From Bacteroidota bacterium (GTDB taxonomy: Bacteria > Bacteroidota > Bacteroidia > UKL13-3): a DNA stretch of 64,000 nucleotides. Below, piece by piece: positions 29,641 to 39,718 of this stretch. Each line of letters begins with the position of its first letter. Positions within the stretch are counted from its first letter, which is position 1. Under the pieces are notes generated by a model that was not told the DNA's origin, did not search any database, and saw nothing but the letters and a program-made list of their open reading frames with translations. The translations under genes were made by a program, and so were the position numbers. The stretch covers positions 352,395 to 416,394 of the forward strand of contig JAZKBU010000005.1 in NCBI GenBank assembly GCA_040388375.1, read 5' to 3'.

Positions 29641-30484
29641 TGGTATTCCTCCTGTATGCTGCAATTTTATTCATTCCTTGTTCAATTGTAATTTGAGGAA
29701 AAAAGTTTATTAAGTTGTATAAAGTATTATCATTCCCAAAAACATTATTGGCAATGTTTTCCTTGTTTGTAATGAAGTTTATTTGTCCATTGCTATTGAA
29801 TGCCTGCATAGCCGCTCGGGCTATTTGCGAAATGGTTACATCTTCCGTATTGGTTAATGAAAAACTACCCGTAATTGTATGTTGCATTACTTTTTTTATA
29901 ATTATAGCCAAATCGTCAATATGTAAATAGTTTCTTTTGGCATCGTGGTTACCAAATATGTCTATATTTTCTTTTAATTGAGCTTTATCAGCAAATGCAT
30001 AAATTAATGGTTGGTGTTTCCTGAAACTATCATCGTTGCCATAAAGCATGGTAGGCTTTAAAATAGTAATCGGTAGTTGTCTTTTTTTGCAATAAAACAA
30101 AGCAATTTCTTCCGCATGCTTTTTCGATATTGAATAAATGGAATAATTAGCAGAATTATCTTTCAATTCAGTATAAATGCTGGATATATAGATGAAATGT
30201 TTAACGTTTGCTTTTACAGCAGCCTCACATAATTTTAGGGTACCAATTACGTTTACATATTCAGTATTTAAAATATCCTCAAATGAGTTTCCTCCAAAAC
30301 TAGCTGCTATATGTAATACTACATCTATATTATCAGGGAAATTAATTACCTGATTTGTATTATTTAAATCAATAATAATATCGCAATCTTTTCTTCCGGC
30401 CGTTATCACTTCTGAAAACTCAGAGAGTATAGGCTTAAGTGTTTGTGCGATAGAAGAAGTACCTCCAATAATTAAAATATTCAT
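29633..30484 (-). CDS. NAD-dependent epimerase/dehydratase (extended SDR) family protein
   Basis: N-terminal ILIIGGTSSIAQ glycine-rich motif and a YxxxK-type region (YSISKKHAE). Confidence 0.75.
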   Translation of the reverse strand: MNILIIGGTSSIAQTLKPILSEFSEVITAGRKDCDIIIDLNNTNQVINFPDNIDVVLHIAASFGGNSFEDILNTEYVNVIGTLKLCEAAVKANVKHFIYISSIYTELKDNSANYSIYSISKKHAEEIALFYCKKRQLPITILKPTMLYGNDDSFRKHQPLIYAFADKAQLKENIDIFGNHDAKRNYLHIDDLAIIIKKVMQHTITGSFSLTNTEDVTISQIARAAMQAFNSNGQINFITNKENIANNVFGNDNTLYNLINFFPQITIEQGMNKIAAYRRNTNE

Positions 30485-31189
30485 CTAAATTGTGGTAAAT
30501 GAGTTATTTAAATAATTAGTAATTGCTGATTTTGAATTAAACATCATTACATCAATAATAGATAAAAATGGAATAAACTCATTATTGAATTGTTTGTATT
30601 GAATGTTGTCGGCCTTTATAAATTGTAAATGTATTGACTCTTTTAAAAAATGTTCTTTGCTATACAAGTCAGTTCCACCAATAGGATTTATATAGGTAGT
30701 AGCATGTAGTTCTTTACAAATAGCTATTACTTTTTCTTCGGCCTTTAAATGATGGTTTATTGGTAAAGTGGAAGAAACTACAATTTCGGTTTTAATAGAT
30801 AAGTAATCTAAAGTTTTATTTAACGCATTAAAAATAAAGCCGAATAAATTAGTTGATGAATAATTAAAACAATCTTCTATTAGCTTGATAACATCATTAA
30901 AGTGTGGTGCTTTTCTGTAGTTTTCCTTTATTTTATTTAATAGCTTACCTTTTTCTTTATGCCAGTCGGCCGATAGGTGTCTATCCATAACATCTAAAAA
31001 GTCGGAGTCTTTTAATAGGGGTAATGTAAAATATTCATCTTTACCATTACTAAGTATTCTATTTCTATTAATCCAACCTTTTTTTGTGTATTGAATATTG
31101 TCGTAAATTACAAAACAATCAACCGCATTTATTAATTGAAAATACCCAATATATGGAAATATATAGGGCTGCATAATCCCAATTTTCAT
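30485..31189 (-). CDS. WbqC-like family protein
   Basis: N-terminal MKIGIMQPYIFPYIGYFQLI… is the hallmark of the WbqC-like (PF08889) family found in O-antigen loci. Confidence 0.7.
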   Translation of the reverse strand: MKIGIMQPYIFPYIGYFQLINAVDCFVIYDNIQYTKKGWINRNRILSNGKDEYFTLPLLKDSDFLDVMDRHLSADWHKEKGKLLNKIKENYRKAPHFNDVIKLIEDCFNYSSTNLFGFIFNALNKTLDYLSIKTEIVVSSTLPINHHLKAEEKVIAICKELHATTYINPIGGTDLYSKEHFLKESIHLQFIKADNIQYKQFNNEFIPFLSIIDVMMFNSKSAITNYLNNSFTTI

Positions 31190-31192
31190 GTT

Positions 31193-32278
31193 TTAATTGT
31201 TTAAAGCACGTAATAGAATTCTACATACATAATCTATCTCTTCATTTGATAATTTATGATACATAGGAAGACATAAAATTTGCTTTGAAATACTTTCGCT
31301 TACGGGTAAGGTATTTTCACTTTTATAAATTTCAACTGTATTTAATGATGGATAAAAATACCTTCTGGGATTTATTCTATTGGCTTCTAACTCATGTTTA
31401 ACTTTTAGTAAAACACTTTCACTCTCAAAAACAACCGGGTAATAAGCGTAGTTAAAATCAGCTTTACTATTCAATTCTATTTTTTTGAGTTTTGGATTCG
31501 TTAACCATTTGTCGTAATGCAAACTTTGGTTTTTTCGTGAAGCCAGTATTGCTTCTATATCTTGTAAGTTCGCCAACCCCATGGCTGCATGGAACTCTGA
31601 ATTTTTACCATTTATACCAACTGCATCAAAATGCTCGGGTCCGTTGTGTCCAAAATTCCTAAGCAGGGCCATTTCTTTTAACAGCTCAGGGTCGCTTGTA
31701 AATACTGCACCACCCTCTACTGTATGGAATAATTTTGTAGCATGAAAACTGGTAGTAACGATATCGCCAAACTCAAATACTGATTTGCCTTTGTATTTTG
31801 TACCAAAGCAATGGGCAGCATCGTATATAACTTTTAAATTATGTTTTTTAGCTATTTTATCAATTGCATCAATATCGCAAGGATTACCAAAAACGTGGGT
31901 AGCTAAAATAGCACTTGTATTTGGCGTAATGGCATCTTCAATTAATTGTGGGTTTATGTTTAAAGAGTCTTTATCAATATCGACAAATACTGGTTTACAT
32001 CCTTCCCAAACCAAACTACTTACTGTGGCCACATAACTAAATGGAGTTGTAATAATTTCTCCTTTTAATTGTAGTGCTTTTATTGCTATTTGTAATGCAA
32101 TAGTACCATTGTTTATGTAAAGTAAATGAGGTACTTGAAGATATTCTTTTAATTTTAATTCTAACTCATTAACTAATGGTCCATTATTTGTAAGCCATTC
32201 ACGTTGCCAAATACCTTTTAAGTATTCTGTATAAGTTTCTAAGCTAGGTAAATATGGAGTAGTTACATTTATTGCCAT
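31193..32278 (-). CDS. DegT/DnrJ/EryC1/StrS-family sugar aminotransferase (PLP-dependent)
   Basis: 361 aa with a …SFHATKLFHTVEGGAVF… PLP-lysine region and an overall family-wide pattern. Confidence 0.85.
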   Translation of the reverse strand: MAINVTTPYLPSLETYTEYLKGIWQREWLTNNGPLVNELELKLKEYLQVPHLLYINNGTIALQIAIKALQLKGEIITTPFSYVATVSSLVWEGCKPVFVDIDKDSLNINPQLIEDAITPNTSAILATHVFGNPCDIDAIDKIAKKHNLKVIYDAAHCFGTKYKGKSVFEFGDIVTTSFHATKLFHTVEGGAVFTSDPELLKEMALLRNFGHNGPEHFDAVGINGKNSEFHAAMGLANLQDIEAILASRKNQSLHYDKWLTNPKLKKIELNSKADFNYAYYPVVFESESVLLKVKHELEANRINPRRYFYPSLNTVEIYKSENTLPVSESISKQILCLPMYHKLSNEEIDYVCRILLRALNN

Positions 32279-32385
32279 AAGGATATAAAATAGGGTGCAA
32301 TATATCTTATTTCTATAGGAAATAAAGTTTTAATTTTTAATGTATTCGACTACTTTAGACTAATAACACTTTAATTATATGCGCG

Positions 32386-33831
32386 TTATGATTTTTTTAG
32401 CGTAAATCCTTTTGTCAAAATTTTAATGTCGTCAATAACAGCAGGATAAAATTTAAATAAAATAAACACAAAAGATATAATAGCTAAACAAAAACTGATT
32501 CCGATACCTAACAGTTCACCTATAAAAGGAATAAGTAGTATTTTAGAAAGGTAGAGTATAATTAAATAAACAATAGCAATACCTGCAATAGGTAATATAT
32601 CAATAAGTTGATCTTTTATATTATAGCCAGAAACTTTACCTGAAACATACAGGTTAAAAAATACACCTATAAAAGATATTGTCATTATGCCGATAAGCAT
32701 TCCTAAAATACCGAATGATAAACCAATTCCAATTCCAATTACGAGCAATACTTTTTTTATAATCTCTAAGTTTAAAAACTTATCAGCCCGACCTTTGGCC
32801 AATAAAATGTTTATATTTAAAGCACTGATAGGGTAAAGAATGCCTAATATAGAAAAGAGTTGTATGTAAGTTACCATCGGTAACCATTTTTCTCCCAAAA
32901 GTAAATGAATAATTTCATTGGCTAAAACGGCTATTGTGCCCATAGCAGGTATAATAAATAAATTAGCCATGTTAAGGGCTTTTTTATACGTGTTTTTGAG
33001 TCTTTCAAAGTCGTTTTGCGCTTCTGACATAACTGGAAATAAAACCTTTACAAAAGCACTGGTAAAGGTTCCAACCGAAACGTTAATTAATGTTTGTGCA
33101 TAGCTGTACAACCCAAGTATGGAAGCTGAAAAATAGCGACCAATTATCATGGTATCAATACTGCTAAATGCAGTATTGATTATGCTTGAAGCAAAAACTT
33201 TTAACCCAAAACCTAGTAAATTTTTTAGTGAATCTTTACAAATAATAAAGGAAGGTCGCCATTTTTCGTAAAGCCATATCAATCCTACATTTATTACACT
33301 TGCTACTACTTGTTGGGCAACCAATGCCCATACACCAAAATTTAAAAAAGCGAGACTTAAAGATACCAAAGAAGCAACAACAACGGATATGGTTGAAAAT
33401 AATTCCATCCGTTTAAAGTTAAGCTGTTTTGTTAGTATGGCGTTGTGAGTAAGAATTAATGAGTTAAATAAAAAAATAAGCGATAAAGCCCTTATAATAG
33501 GAAGCAAGGCTTCTTCGTGGTAAAATATAACAATAAGTGGTGCGGTAAAATACAGCAATAAACAAATAGCAATACCAAGTAGTATGCTCACCCAAAATAC
33601 CGAAGATAGTTCTCTTTGATTTACTTCTTTTTTCTGAATTAAACTCGAAAATAAGCCTAATTCACCTAATGAAGTAAGTAAGGCAATAATAACAGAAACC
33701 ATGCCTATTAAACCAAACTCTTTAGGCGTAAGTAACCTTGCCAAAGCAATGTTTACCCCAAATTTTATTATTAATTTGGTAAACTGTCCAATTATAGACC
33801 ATGTTCCTGCTTTTACAATTTGTTTTGACAA
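32386..33831 (-). CDS. Wzx-type oligosaccharide flippase (MOP superfamily)
   Basis: 481 aa with about 12-14 TM helices. The N-terminal KAGTWSIIGQF…KFGVNIALARLL segment is typical of polysaccharide biosynthesis flippases. Confidence 0.8.
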   Translation of the reverse strand: MSKQIVKAGTWSIIGQFTKLIIKFGVNIALARLLTPKEFGLIGMVSVIIALLTSLGELGLFSSLIQKKEVNQRELSSVFWVSILLGIAICLLLYFTAPLIVIFYHEEALLPIIRALSLIFLFNSLILTHNAILTKQLNFKRMELFSTISVVVASLVSLSLAFLNFGVWALVAQQVVASVINVGLIWLYEKWRPSFIICKDSLKNLLGFGLKVFASSIINTAFSSIDTMIIGRYFSASILGLYSYAQTLINVSVGTFTSAFVKVLFPVMSEAQNDFERLKNTYKKALNMANLFIIPAMGTIAVLANEIIHLLLGEKWLPMVTYIQLFSILGILYPISALNINILLAKGRADKFLNLEIIKKVLLVIGIGIGLSFGILGMLIGIMTISFIGVFFNLYVSGKVSGYNIKDQLIDILPIAGIAIVYLIILYLSKILLIPFIGELLGIGISFCLAIISFVFILFKFYPAVIDDIKILTKGFTLKKS

Positions 33832-33844
33832 TTTGGTAATACTT

Positions 33845-34909
33845 CTAATTACTATTGATAATAGTTTTTAAATTTTTTGTTATCAGATAAATTGATAATA
33901 AAATGGATGTTATAACGGATCCAATGATAGCAGAAATCAATCGCGATAATTTCTTTTTTTCAAGAGGTAAAGTAGGTTTATCAACCGTTTGAAAAAATGG
34001 AGTTTGGTTATCTAAAGCAAATTTTGCAATCTCTAGGTTTTTAAGAACTTCTGCATACATCAAGCTTAGCATTTCTACATCTCGTTTTGTCCTTTCAACG
34101 TCTACGCGTCCTTGCATTCTAATTACTTTTAAATTTCTATCAAATATACCTGCGCCATAACTTTCTTTTTCGTATAACAATGTTCTTATGGAGTCAGCTC
34201 TAAATTTAATTAGCTGGTAATTTTTTAATTGGCGATGAATACTTTTTGTGGTATAATATTCGGATAAATTTTTAAATAGACTTTCAACGAATAATTTAGC
34301 AAATTTTTCATTTATTGATTTAAAATCAATGGCAATAATTCCAGCACTTTGGATAACAATACCTGTTTTCTTTTTGGTATCTATAGTTAATAATTTATCA
34401 TCAACTATTCGCTTTATAATTAAATCGAGTACTTTATTTTCCTGATATGACAAACTATCAAGGAGGTTATGTTTAAAATAAGTAAATGAATTTAAACTGG
34501 TATCTGATTGAAAAATACTTGATAGCTTATAAATATCTATGAAATGATTAACTAATAATTCTGGTTTATCATTGATAACTACTTTTTCTAATAGCGTATT
34601 TCCAATAAGTTGACGAGAATTGGCTATATATAATAATTTGTCTTCATTTACATTAGTATTTCCTCCAATACCAGCAATACCAGCAATACCAGCTAATGAA
34701 GATAAATTAAATCCTGAAGAACCTTCATTTTCATTTAAAATAAACGAATATTTGGAAATATAAGTTGGCTTTGAAATATGAGCAATGTAAAATCCAATTA
34801 ATCCCCCTAAGAGACTTATTAATATAATAATTAATAGTTTAGTTAAAAGGAACATAATAGAGTTTTTTATAAAACTTATTATGTCAATTAATTCCACTGA
34901 ATTCTTCAT
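33845..34909 (-). CDS. Wzz-like chain-length determinant protein (no kinase domain), paralog 2
   Basis: TM helix near the N-terminus, a periplasmic coiled region and a TM helix at the extreme C-terminus. It contains a GIAGIAGIAGIGG repeat. Confidence 0.7.
   Translation of the reverse strand: MKNSVELIDIISFIKNSIMFLLTKLLIIILISLLGGLIGFYIAHISKPTYISKYSFILNENEGSSGFNLSSLAGIAGIAGIGGNTNVNEDKLLYIANSRQLIGNTLLEKVVINDKPELLVNHFIDIYKLSSIFQSDTSLNSFTYFKHNLLDSLSYQENKVLDLIIKRIVDDKLLTIDTKKKTGIVIQSAGIIAIDFKSINEKFAKLFVESLFKNLSEYYTTKSIHRQLKNYQLIKFRADSIRTLLYEKESYGAGIFDRNLKVIRMQGRVDVERTKRDVEMLSLMYAEVLKNLEIAKFALDNQTPFFQTVDKPTLPLEKKKLSRLISAIIGSVITSILLSIYLITKNLKTIINSN
34665..34697. repeat. in-frame 9-bp tandem repeat (CCAGCAATA x about 3.5) inside the wzz-like gene, encoding (GIA)n
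   Basis: Read directly from the sequence. Confidence 0.8.
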
Positions 34910-34959
34910 TAATTTATATAAATTTAGTAAACCTTTTGTATAGCGACAATAGTAATATT

Positions 34960-36168
34960 TTATATTGAATTTCTGTTAAAATAGTGTTTTGTATCTATGT
35001 AAAACATAAATAAGAAGGTTATAGCGTAATACATTAAATTTGGTTGTAACAAATAATGAATTAAAAATATTAAAAAGAATATAAGCAAGTGATTTTTAAA
35101 TGCTCTTTTGGCTAATAAAAACAATAAATAAAAAGGAATGATTGATAATATTCCATATTGAACTAAAATAAATAATAAGCCATTATGGGGTTCATGGGCA
35201 TTTGTAAATGATATCCACCTAGAAGAAAAATTTAATGCACCCGGACCATAAATAAAATAGTTATCTACACATAAATTTAATCCATCCGTTAAAGAATGTT
35301 TTCTATCCAAGTTACTTTGTAATGACCGCTCATTTTCTTCACTTTTTAAAAGCCGGGCAATAGAAGAACTTGGATTTTCTCGGGCGTAATTAGTAAGTTG
35401 ATCTGAGAATATAACAGCAGAAAATAGAGTAACTATTACCGTTACTCCAATAATAATTGTTTTAAAAAAAGTTATATTTTTTAACAGCAAATAAAAAACA
35501 TAGCTAAACAACATAATTAAGCCTTGCCTTGACCCAGCCAAATCTGTAAGATATAAAGCCAATAAAAAAATAATTACTAATAGGACTTTTTGTAAACCTT
35601 TATTCTTTAAATTTAGCTCATACGATAAAATTAAGAAGTATATACAAATAGCTCCTGAATAAGAATTGGAATCAATTAAAGTACCAGCAATTCGTGTTAA
35701 AACCCTTTTTTCAATATTATCGGAAAGAATAATAGAAAACAAGAGAGGATTGGCATTTTCAAATAACCCTTGGATAGTTAAAATTATGATTGAAAGTAGA
35801 CTTATGTGTATAAACCACTTATTTAATTCTGGTTTTTTATTATTAATGCTAAAGGTCCACGAGAAATAAAAAAAATACAATAACACTCTTATTAAATCGT
35901 TTGCAATGGGAACAGAACCATTAATAAACCAATCAATAAAACATAATGGTATTGAAGTCGTTACAAAAAAAATAGTGTTCCAGCTATTTATAAAGTTAAC
36001 AATCTGGTCTTTGTTAAAATTTAAAAGAAAGAATAACAAGCTAAGCAATAAACAAATGATGATTATGATAGAAGAGCTTAATCCAAATATTCCGGAGAAA
36101 TAATATAAATTATTAATTATAGTTATTCCTATTCCTATATTGATAAATTTCTCTAATTTTCTTAGCAT
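34960..36168 (-). CDS. polytopic membrane protein, O-antigen ligase/Wzy-like
   Basis: 402 aa with at least 10 TM helices and one large loop. It sits between the two wzz-like genes. Confidence 0.6.
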   Translation of the reverse strand: MLRKLEKFINIGIGITIINNLYYFSGIFGLSSSIIIIICLLLSLLFFLLNFNKDQIVNFINSWNTIFFVTTSIPLCFIDWFINGSVPIANDLIRVLLYFFYFSWTFSINNKKPELNKWFIHISLLSIIILTIQGLFENANPLLFSIILSDNIEKRVLTRIAGTLIDSNSYSGAICIYFLILSYELNLKNKGLQKVLLVIIFLLALYLTDLAGSRQGLIMLFSYVFYLLLKNITFFKTIIIGVTVIVTLFSAVIFSDQLTNYARENPSSSIARLLKSEENERSLQSNLDRKHSLTDGLNLCVDNYFIYGPGALNFSSRWISFTNAHEPHNGLLFILVQYGILSIIPFYLLFLLAKRAFKNHLLIFFLIFLIHYLLQPNLMYYAITFLFMFYIDTKHYFNRNSI

Positions 36169-36195
36169 TTTTATCTAGATTGTTTTTTAAGTTAT

Positions 36196-37266
36196 CTAGA
36201 AAACAATTTTTGCTTTAAGGAATAAAACTGTAATAGATATTAAACAAATAAAACTGAACAGAAATGCACCGATAATACTAAATACGATTAGTGATTTCGA
36301 TAATTCTTCAAGGGGAAAAGAGGGTTTATCTATTACTTGAAAAACAGGTTTTTCTTGGTCATAATTAAATTTAGCAATTTCTTTGTTCTTTAATAATTCG
36401 GCATACAGCACATTTAATAATTCAGTTTCTTTTTTTAGTCTTGCTTCGTTTACTTTACCACTAAACCTGATTATTTTATTAGAAATGTCCATCTCATTAG
36501 CAACAGCGACTTCACTTCTTTCCATAATTCTTTTTGTTGAGTCTAATCTTTGGGAAACCAAATCTAAATTAGCCTTTAAGCTTTTTGTTATAATCTGTGT
36601 ATAGAAATCGCTTAAATTAAAATAAATGGCATCGATAAGTCTTTTTGATAAGAGCTCATCTTTTGATTTATAACTAATTAAAATAATACCACTAGAAGAC
36701 TGGCCAACAAAAGAAGAAGTTTTCTTTTTTACAGCATCGCTTTGTAAGTCGTTTGATTTTAAAATTTTTGATATTAAAAAATCCATTATTTTATTCTCTA
36801 CATGGCTTAAGTTATCAATGTTTTTAGAAGTGAAGTGATTGAAATTTTGTAATGAAGTATCTTTTCCGTCCCAATCTTTTTTATAGTCGTTTAGTGCTAT
36901 TAATTTATCGGCAACCGTAATTTTTTCTTCCTCAATAATAGCAAGTAGTGATTGGCCTAATATTTTTTTTGTTGTAATTAAAAACAAAATTCTATCATCA
37001 GATACATTCACACTTGAGCCAGATGCACCTAATTGCCCGGCTAGCGCTGCTATTGGATTTTGACTTATACTTTTTGCATCGTTTATTATAAAGCTTAACT
37101 TAGCTTCATACTTTACAGGGCTTAATTTAACGTATGTAAAGCCAGCAGCTAAACCAATCAATACAGAAATAATTAAATATACTTTATGGTTTAGAATATA
37201 CTTTAAATAATCATTTATATTGTTTATAACATTTTTAAAATTAACAAGTTCTTTATTTTCATCCAT
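36196..37266 (-). CDS. Wzz-like chain-length determinant protein, paralog 1
   Basis: Same topology as 33845..34909, with a colinear C-terminal …VIDKPSFPLEE… box. Confidence 0.7.
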   Translation of the reverse strand: MDENKELVNFKNVINNINDYLKYILNHKVYLIISVLIGLAAGFTYVKLSPVKYEAKLSFIINDAKSISQNPIAALAGQLGASGSSVNVSDDRILFLITTKKILGQSLLAIIEEEKITVADKLIALNDYKKDWDGKDTSLQNFNHFTSKNIDNLSHVENKIMDFLISKILKSNDLQSDAVKKKTSSFVGQSSSGIILISYKSKDELLSKRLIDAIYFNLSDFYTQIITKSLKANLDLVSQRLDSTKRIMERSEVAVANEMDISNKIIRFSGKVNEARLKKETELLNVLYAELLKNKEIAKFNYDQEKPVFQVIDKPSFPLEELSKSLIVFSIIGAFLFSFICLISITVLFLKAKIVF

Positions 37267-37267
37267 A

Positions 37268-39718
37268 CTATTTTACAGTAATACTTCTAACTATCGTAAA
37301 TACTAATACTAGGGTAGTTGTAATAGCCGAAGAAACAGTAACCATTTCCATGGTATTCAATTTTTTGTTTTCTTCTTTTTGTGGAATTACTATTTCTCCC
37401 CCTTGTTTTATTTTAGGATAGAAATTAATAAACATAAATCTTTTAGTGGCTTTAGCTGTACCATTTGCATAAACAACATAAGCTCTTTTTCTCAAGGCGC
37501 GACTTGTAAAACCACCGCTATTTGAAACGTAGTATTTTAATCCTTTTCCTTTCTCGAATTTTAATTTTATTGGGTATAATATTTCCCCACTAACCAATAC
37601 AGTCTGTTTTTCAATCGGTATTTTAATTATATCGCCATCACGTAAAAATAAATCTGATTTAGAGCCTGGGTTTTTTAATATGTAGTTTAAATCAATACCT
37701 ACCAAATCATAATTGGAGCTTTTTTCATCATCAATTGTTTCTGAAATTTCAGTAGTATCTTTTGTTTGCTTTTTTAGTGCTTTTAACTTACTTTCTTTAA
37801 TAAATTCTTCTGTATTAGTTTGTATTTTTGGTCTTAATAATATCGCTCCATCAGGATAAGCAGTTGCAGTAACCCCTCCGCTTCTTTTTATTAAATCAGA
37901 TATACGTTCGTTGTTTTTTTCAAGACTATACGTACCTGGGTATAATACTTCACCATCAATCGATACATTTTTTTGAGCAACATATCCCGGCAGCATAAAT
38001 ACGGTTACATTATCAAAAGGTAGGAGCTCAAATTTTAGACTAGGATTGTCCTTTAAATCTTTGTCTAAGTCGAATTGTTTAATAACAGAAATTTCACTAT
38101 TAGCTTTTGTTCTGTCAACATCAAATTTTCTTCTGGCTACTTCAATTCTTTTTATAGATGCTGCTTCTTTAAACCCACCAGCAGCTATAATAAGGTCTTC
38201 AATTCTCATGTTTTCAGCATAAGGAAATACACCAGGTTTTATAACTAAACCATTGATAGTAACATTGTATGATTCTTTTAACTCTTGTTTAGAAGCAATT
38301 TGAATGTTGTCTTCTCGTTGTAAAACTATATCTTCTGCTTTACCTTGCATAGCATCCGCTAAATTGATTGAAAGCATGGTCAGTGTATTATCGCTTTGCA
38401 GTCTGTATATAATTGCTCTTGTTTGAAAAGCATCTTCTCGTAAGCCTTCTGCCTTTTTTATTAATTGTAAAATAGTTAAGCCTTTCTCTAAGGCGTAAGT
38501 ACCGGGTCTAAATACAGCGCCATTAATTTGCACCCTGTTTTCAAATCTGTCTAAAAGCATATCCACGGAATATACATCACCACTTTTGGGATTGAATAGG
38601 CTAAATAATTCTTTTTGAATATCAGCTACACTTTTTTGTTTTGATGTATTACGTGTTACTTTAATTCGTTCAGTAAATGCATTATCCGTAAATCCTCCGG
38701 CAAAGCCAATAACATCATTCAAATTTTCATTTTTAGTTACTTCATATAAACCAGGTCTTTTTACTTCACCGGTTAATTCTATTCTGTTTTCATATGCATT
38801 TACTTTTATAACGTCTTGATCCTGCAAACGTATATTGCCTTTTGCCTCACCTTTAGTTAAAAAATCATATATATCAAGAATGGCTATTGTTTTATTGTTT
38901 CTGACCACTTTAATATTACGCATAGACCCATTTTTATTGGGCCCGCCAGAGGCATATAAAGCGTTAAACACAGTAGCTAGTGAGGGTAATGTGTAAGTGC
39001 CTGGGAGATTGACTTCTCCAATTATTAATACTTTAATGCTTCTAATGTTTCCCAAAGTAATACTTACACTGGTTTCACCGGTATTAATTCTATCGTATAC
39101 TTTGGTTAAATTCTGAGTTATTTTTTTTCTGGCTTGCTCAATCGTTAATCCTGATACCTGCACAGGGCCTACATAAGGAATTCTTATATTACCGTCAGGA
39201 GAAATCTTTAAGTTAAAAGTTTCTTCTGAAAAACCATAAATATCAATGATTAATTCATCGTCAGGACCTAGCTGATAGTTAGTAGGCGTTGCAATTTTTA
39301 AATTGGGTTCGAAAGTAAGATTCTTATTGTTAAATAATTCGGCACCAAACACTTTTGGCCTGATCTCTGAAAATACTAAATCTTCATTATTGATTTCAGC
39401 ATTATTGTTGTCGGTTTTACCTCTACTGCCTTGATTATTATTGTTATTGGTAGGAGTTGAATTACCTAAATTTTCTATCCTTGTTTTTAACTTGGCAAAT
39501 TCGCTACTGGACATTTTACGTTTAGTAGCTTCCTGCTCCAATTGATTCATGGATAATCCTCTAGATTGTGCTTTATTCCAAAAGTCAGCAATTTGATCAT
39601 CGCTTAATTCATTGACTTTTACTTTTGAAAGATTTTGAAAATTTAGCACCTGTCCAATAGCGCTAAATGATAAAAAGATAATTAAAAATGTACTTAAGCA
39701 AATTTTTATTTTACTCAT
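37268..39718 (-). CDS. polysaccharide export outer-membrane protein (Wza-like, multiple SLBB domains)
   Basis: 816 aa. Signal peptide, an N-terminal polysaccharide-export motif region, repeated SLBB-like G-x-V-x-x-P-G-x-Y units and a C-terminal TM helix. Confidence 0.8.
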   Translation of the reverse strand: MSKIKICLSTFLIIFLSFSAIGQVLNFQNLSKVKVNELSDDQIADFWNKAQSRGLSMNQLEQEATKRKMSSSEFAKLKTRIENLGNSTPTNNNNNQGSRGKTDNNNAEINNEDLVFSEIRPKVFGAELFNNKNLTFEPNLKIATPTNYQLGPDDELIIDIYGFSEETFNLKISPDGNIRIPYVGPVQVSGLTIEQARKKITQNLTKVYDRINTGETSVSITLGNIRSIKVLIIGEVNLPGTYTLPSLATVFNALYASGGPNKNGSMRNIKVVRNNKTIAILDIYDFLTKGEAKGNIRLQDQDVIKVNAYENRIELTGEVKRPGLYEVTKNENLNDVIGFAGGFTDNAFTERIKVTRNTSKQKSVADIQKELFSLFNPKSGDVYSVDMLLDRFENRVQINGAVFRPGTYALEKGLTILQLIKKAEGLREDAFQTRAIIYRLQSDNTLTMLSINLADAMQGKAEDIVLQREDNIQIASKQELKESYNVTINGLVIKPGVFPYAENMRIEDLIIAAGGFKEAASIKRIEVARRKFDVDRTKANSEISVIKQFDLDKDLKDNPSLKFELLPFDNVTVFMLPGYVAQKNVSIDGEVLYPGTYSLEKNNERISDLIKRSGGVTATAYPDGAILLRPKIQTNTEEFIKESKLKALKKQTKDTTEISETIDDEKSSNYDLVGIDLNYILKNPGSKSDLFLRDGDIIKIPIEKQTVLVSGEILYPIKLKFEKGKGLKYYVSNSGGFTSRALRKRAYVVYANGTAKATKRFMFINFYPKIKQGGEIVIPQKEENKKLNTMEMVTVSSAITTTLVLVFTIVRSITVK

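Noticed and set aside
21099-39718. Considered whether the polysaccharide locus is a horizontally acquired island
   Set aside because: I can see no flanking tRNA, integrase or direct repeats. Its AT content is similar to the rest of the window. Acquisition cannot be assessed without composition statistics or comparative genomes.
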